This document shows positions 62,400 through 64,000 of a stretch of 64,000 bases of DNA, piece after piece. Position 1 is the first letter of the stretch. Every line of letters begins with the position of its first letter. The position numbers were made by a program, and so were the translations under genes. Below the pieces are notes generated by a model that saw only the letters and a program-made list of their open reading frames with translations, had not been told where the DNA came from and did not search any database. Source of the DNA: Hallerella sp. (lineage in GTDB: Bacteria; Bacillota_I; Bacilli_A; RFN20; CAG-826); NCBI GenBank assembly GCA_963648925.1, contig CAVJFO010000036.1:1681-65680 (forward strand). The letters run 5' to 3'.

Positions 62400-63497
62400 A
62401 TGGAAGACAGCATGCGTAAACGACTCGAAGTCGTTAAGAAAAGATATGAAGAAATTGAAAATGATTTAGCGGATCCCTCAATTGGTGAAGACGTTAAGAG
62501 ACTTACTGACTTATCAAAAGAAAGAGCCTCATTAGAAGATGCATATCAAGCGTATTTAAAATATTTGAAATTGGAAAGTGATGCAAAAGATGCATTAGAA
62601 CTTATTTCTATCGGTGAAGCACCTGATTTTATTGAAGTTATAAAAGAAGAAAGAAAAGAGATGCTCAGCGAAATGGAGAGAATCGAGGAAGATTTAAGAA
62701 TCAAATTAATTCCTGCTGATCCTAATGATTCAAAGAATATTATCGTTGAGCTTCGTGGAGCAGTTGGCGGAGATGAGGCAAACATTTTTGCTGGCGATCT
62801 TTTCCGTATGTACACCCGTTATTGCGAAGAGCAAGGATGGAAACTTCAATACATTGATGGCGAAGAAGGGTCTTCTGGCGGATATTCCTATGTTTCCTTC
62901 ATGGTAAAAGGCGAAAACGTTTATTCAAAGCTTAAATTTGAAAGTGGCGCTCACCGTGTTCAACGTGTTCCTAAGACTGAAGCGTCAGGCCGTATTCATA
63001 CTTCAACTGCAACAGTTTTAGTTATGCCTGAAGCAGAAGAAGTTGATGTAAAAATAAATCCAGCTGATTTGAAGATTGATACATATCGTTCTCAAGGCGC
63101 AGGCGGACAAAACGTTAACAAAACAGAATCGGCCGTCCGTGTTACCCACTTACCTACTGGTATTGTTGTTTCTTGCCAAACAGAAAAAGCTCAGTTGCAA
63201 AATAAAGAAATCTGTATGCGTATGATTAGAGCCAAGGTTAAGGACTATTATCAATCTTTAGAAGACAATGCACGTGATTCTGAAAGAAAACTTAAAGTAG
63301 GAACTGGCGAAAGAAGCGAAAAGATCAGAACATACAATTATCCTCAAAACCGCGTTACCGATCACCGTATCGGATTTACGACAAACAATTTAGATAGAGT
63401 TATGGAAGGTGACCTTGAACCTGTTATTGATGCTCTTATCCATTTTGACCAAGAGCAAAAACTCTTAGAAAGCGGTATTAAAGATGCCAACCATTAG
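62400..63497 (+). CDS. prfA: peptide chain release factor 1
   Basis: PTEASGRIHTS (PxT-type) and GAGGQNVNKTESAVRVTHLPTG (GGQ). Confidence 0.95.
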   Translation: MEDSMRKRLEVVKKRYEEIENDLADPSIGEDVKRLTDLSKERASLEDAYQAYLKYLKLESDAKDALELISIGEAPDFIEVIKEERKEMLSEMERIEEDLRIKLIPADPNDSKNIIVELRGAVGGDEANIFAGDLFRMYTRYCEEQGWKLQYIDGEEGSSGGYSYVSFMVKGENVYSKLKFESGAHRVQRVPKTEASGRIHTSTATVLVMPEAEEVDVKINPADLKIDTYRSQGAGGQNVNKTESAVRVTHLPTGIVVSCQTEKAQLQNKEICMRMIRAKVKDYYQSLEDNARDSERKLKVGTGERSEKIRTYNYPQNRVTDHRIGFTTNNLDRVMEGDLEPVIDALIHFDQEQKLLESGIKDANH

Positions 63498-64000
63498 TGA
63501 AGCCCTTAAAGAAGCTTACAATTCGGGGAAAGAAAAAGGCGTTGAGACTGTTGACCTCCGTCTTTTAGTGATGAAAAATGAAGGATATCAAGAACAAATT
63601 GACGTTATCATCAACAAAGACAAAGAGATGAAAAAATATGATTTGTTCAAAAAACAATGTCATCTTTTGATTGACGAGGATATGCCAGTTGAATACATCA
63701 TTAATGAAGCTAACTTTCTAGGCCAAAAACTTTACGTCGATAACAACGTTCTAATCCCTCGTGGCGAGACGGAGGAAATGATTGCCAAGCTCTCGGAAAA
63801 GATCTCTAACTATTACGACCCAAGAATGTATCTTGTTTGTGGAGACGTCGGGACGGGCAGTGGTTGCATTCCTCTAGCCCTCAAAGCTTATTTCCCGAAT
63901 TGGCTTTTAGCTGCATCGGATATTTCCGAGAAGGCATTAAATGTCGCTAAACGTAATTTTCACGATCATGGAATCAATGTTCAAACCATGCTAGGTGATG
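63484..64000 (+). CDS. prmC: release-factor glutamine N5-methyltransferase PrmC/HemK (3' end outside the window)
   Basis: Absent from the ORF track because there is no stop in the window. My translation from ATG 63484 is MPTISEALKEAYNSG...PVEYIINEANFLGQKLYVDNNVLIPRGETEEM...VCGDVGTGSGCIPLAL... It overlaps the prfA stop by 14 nt. Confidence 0.85.
   Translation, partial: MPTISEALKEAYNSGKEKGVETVDLRLLVMKNEGYQEQIDVIINKDKEMKKYDLFKKQCHLLIDEDMPVEYIINEANFLGQKLYVDNNVLIPRGETEEMIAKLSEKISNYYDPRMYLVCGDVGTGSGCIPLALKAYFPNWLLAASDISEKALNVAKRNFHDHGINVQTMLGD

Noticed and set aside
1-64000. Scan for rRNA, tRNA, CRISPR arrays, transposases, integrases and phage genes
   Set aside because: I saw no tRNA-like T-arm motifs (GGTTCGA-type). 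There are no regularly spaced direct repeats and no recombinase-like ORFs. All intergenic regions are short, except for those discussed in the findings.
1-64000. Possibility that the organism uses genetic code 4 (UGA = Trp), given its mollicute-like features
   Set aside because: Long ORFs are intact under the standard code. Trp is encoded by TGG in every case I checked. TGA ends genes that have sensible C-termini and coupled downstream starts, e.g. marR at 15963-15965 (ATGA overlap) and the ABC subunit 2 at 19332-19334.

Overview
Low-GC chromosomal window (roughly mid-30s % G+C by eye) that uses the standard genetic code. TGA is a real stop here, for example at marR (15963-15965) and the second ABC gene (19332-19334). 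The gene content fits a reduced Firmicutes/Tenericutes-lineage anaerobe: five lipobox lipoproteins, an opp operon with mollicute-style oversized subunits, a ClpB without its N-domain, CIRCE heat-shock operators, NfnAB, HypAB and an iron-type alcohol dehydrogenase. About 57 protein-coding genes are supported. I saw no rRNA, tRNA, CRISPR array, transposase or integrase. The right end carries a compact housekeeping block: dnaX-ybaB-recR-tmk-holB-ricT-rsmI on the minus strand and prfA-prmC on the plus strand. The centre is a 13.2 kb minus-strand operon (37671 to 24433): lipoprotein, oppA, oppB, oppC, oppD, oppF, a small membrane protein and an M6-like metalloprotease lipoprotein. Other blocks are a putrescine operon, nadK-nfnAB, marR plus a heterodimeric ABC exporter, hypBA, and glf-glcK. 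I found no clear novel multi-gene system such as a defence island. The observations most worth follow-up are these. (1) A single 871-aa ORF fuses a PLP-dependent arginine decarboxylase to an agmatine deiminase, directly followed by N-carbamoylputrescine amidase. (2) OppD carries a clean 217-aa in-frame insertion bounded by a 14/15-nt direct repeat, and OppF and OppC carry further large insertions. (3) A small island with foreign codon usage holds a tandem CPCC-type cysteine-rich gene flanked by decayed gene fragments. (4) A 337-bp convergent spacer holds twin GTGAAA-N3-TTTCAC palindromes. (5) Tandem CIRCE operators sit on hsp20. (6) Several genes have a -10 box only 5-8 nt upstream of the ATG and no Shine-Dalgarno, which suggests leaderless mRNAs. 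All functional calls come from motif and family recognition by eye on the supplied translations. No database search was run.
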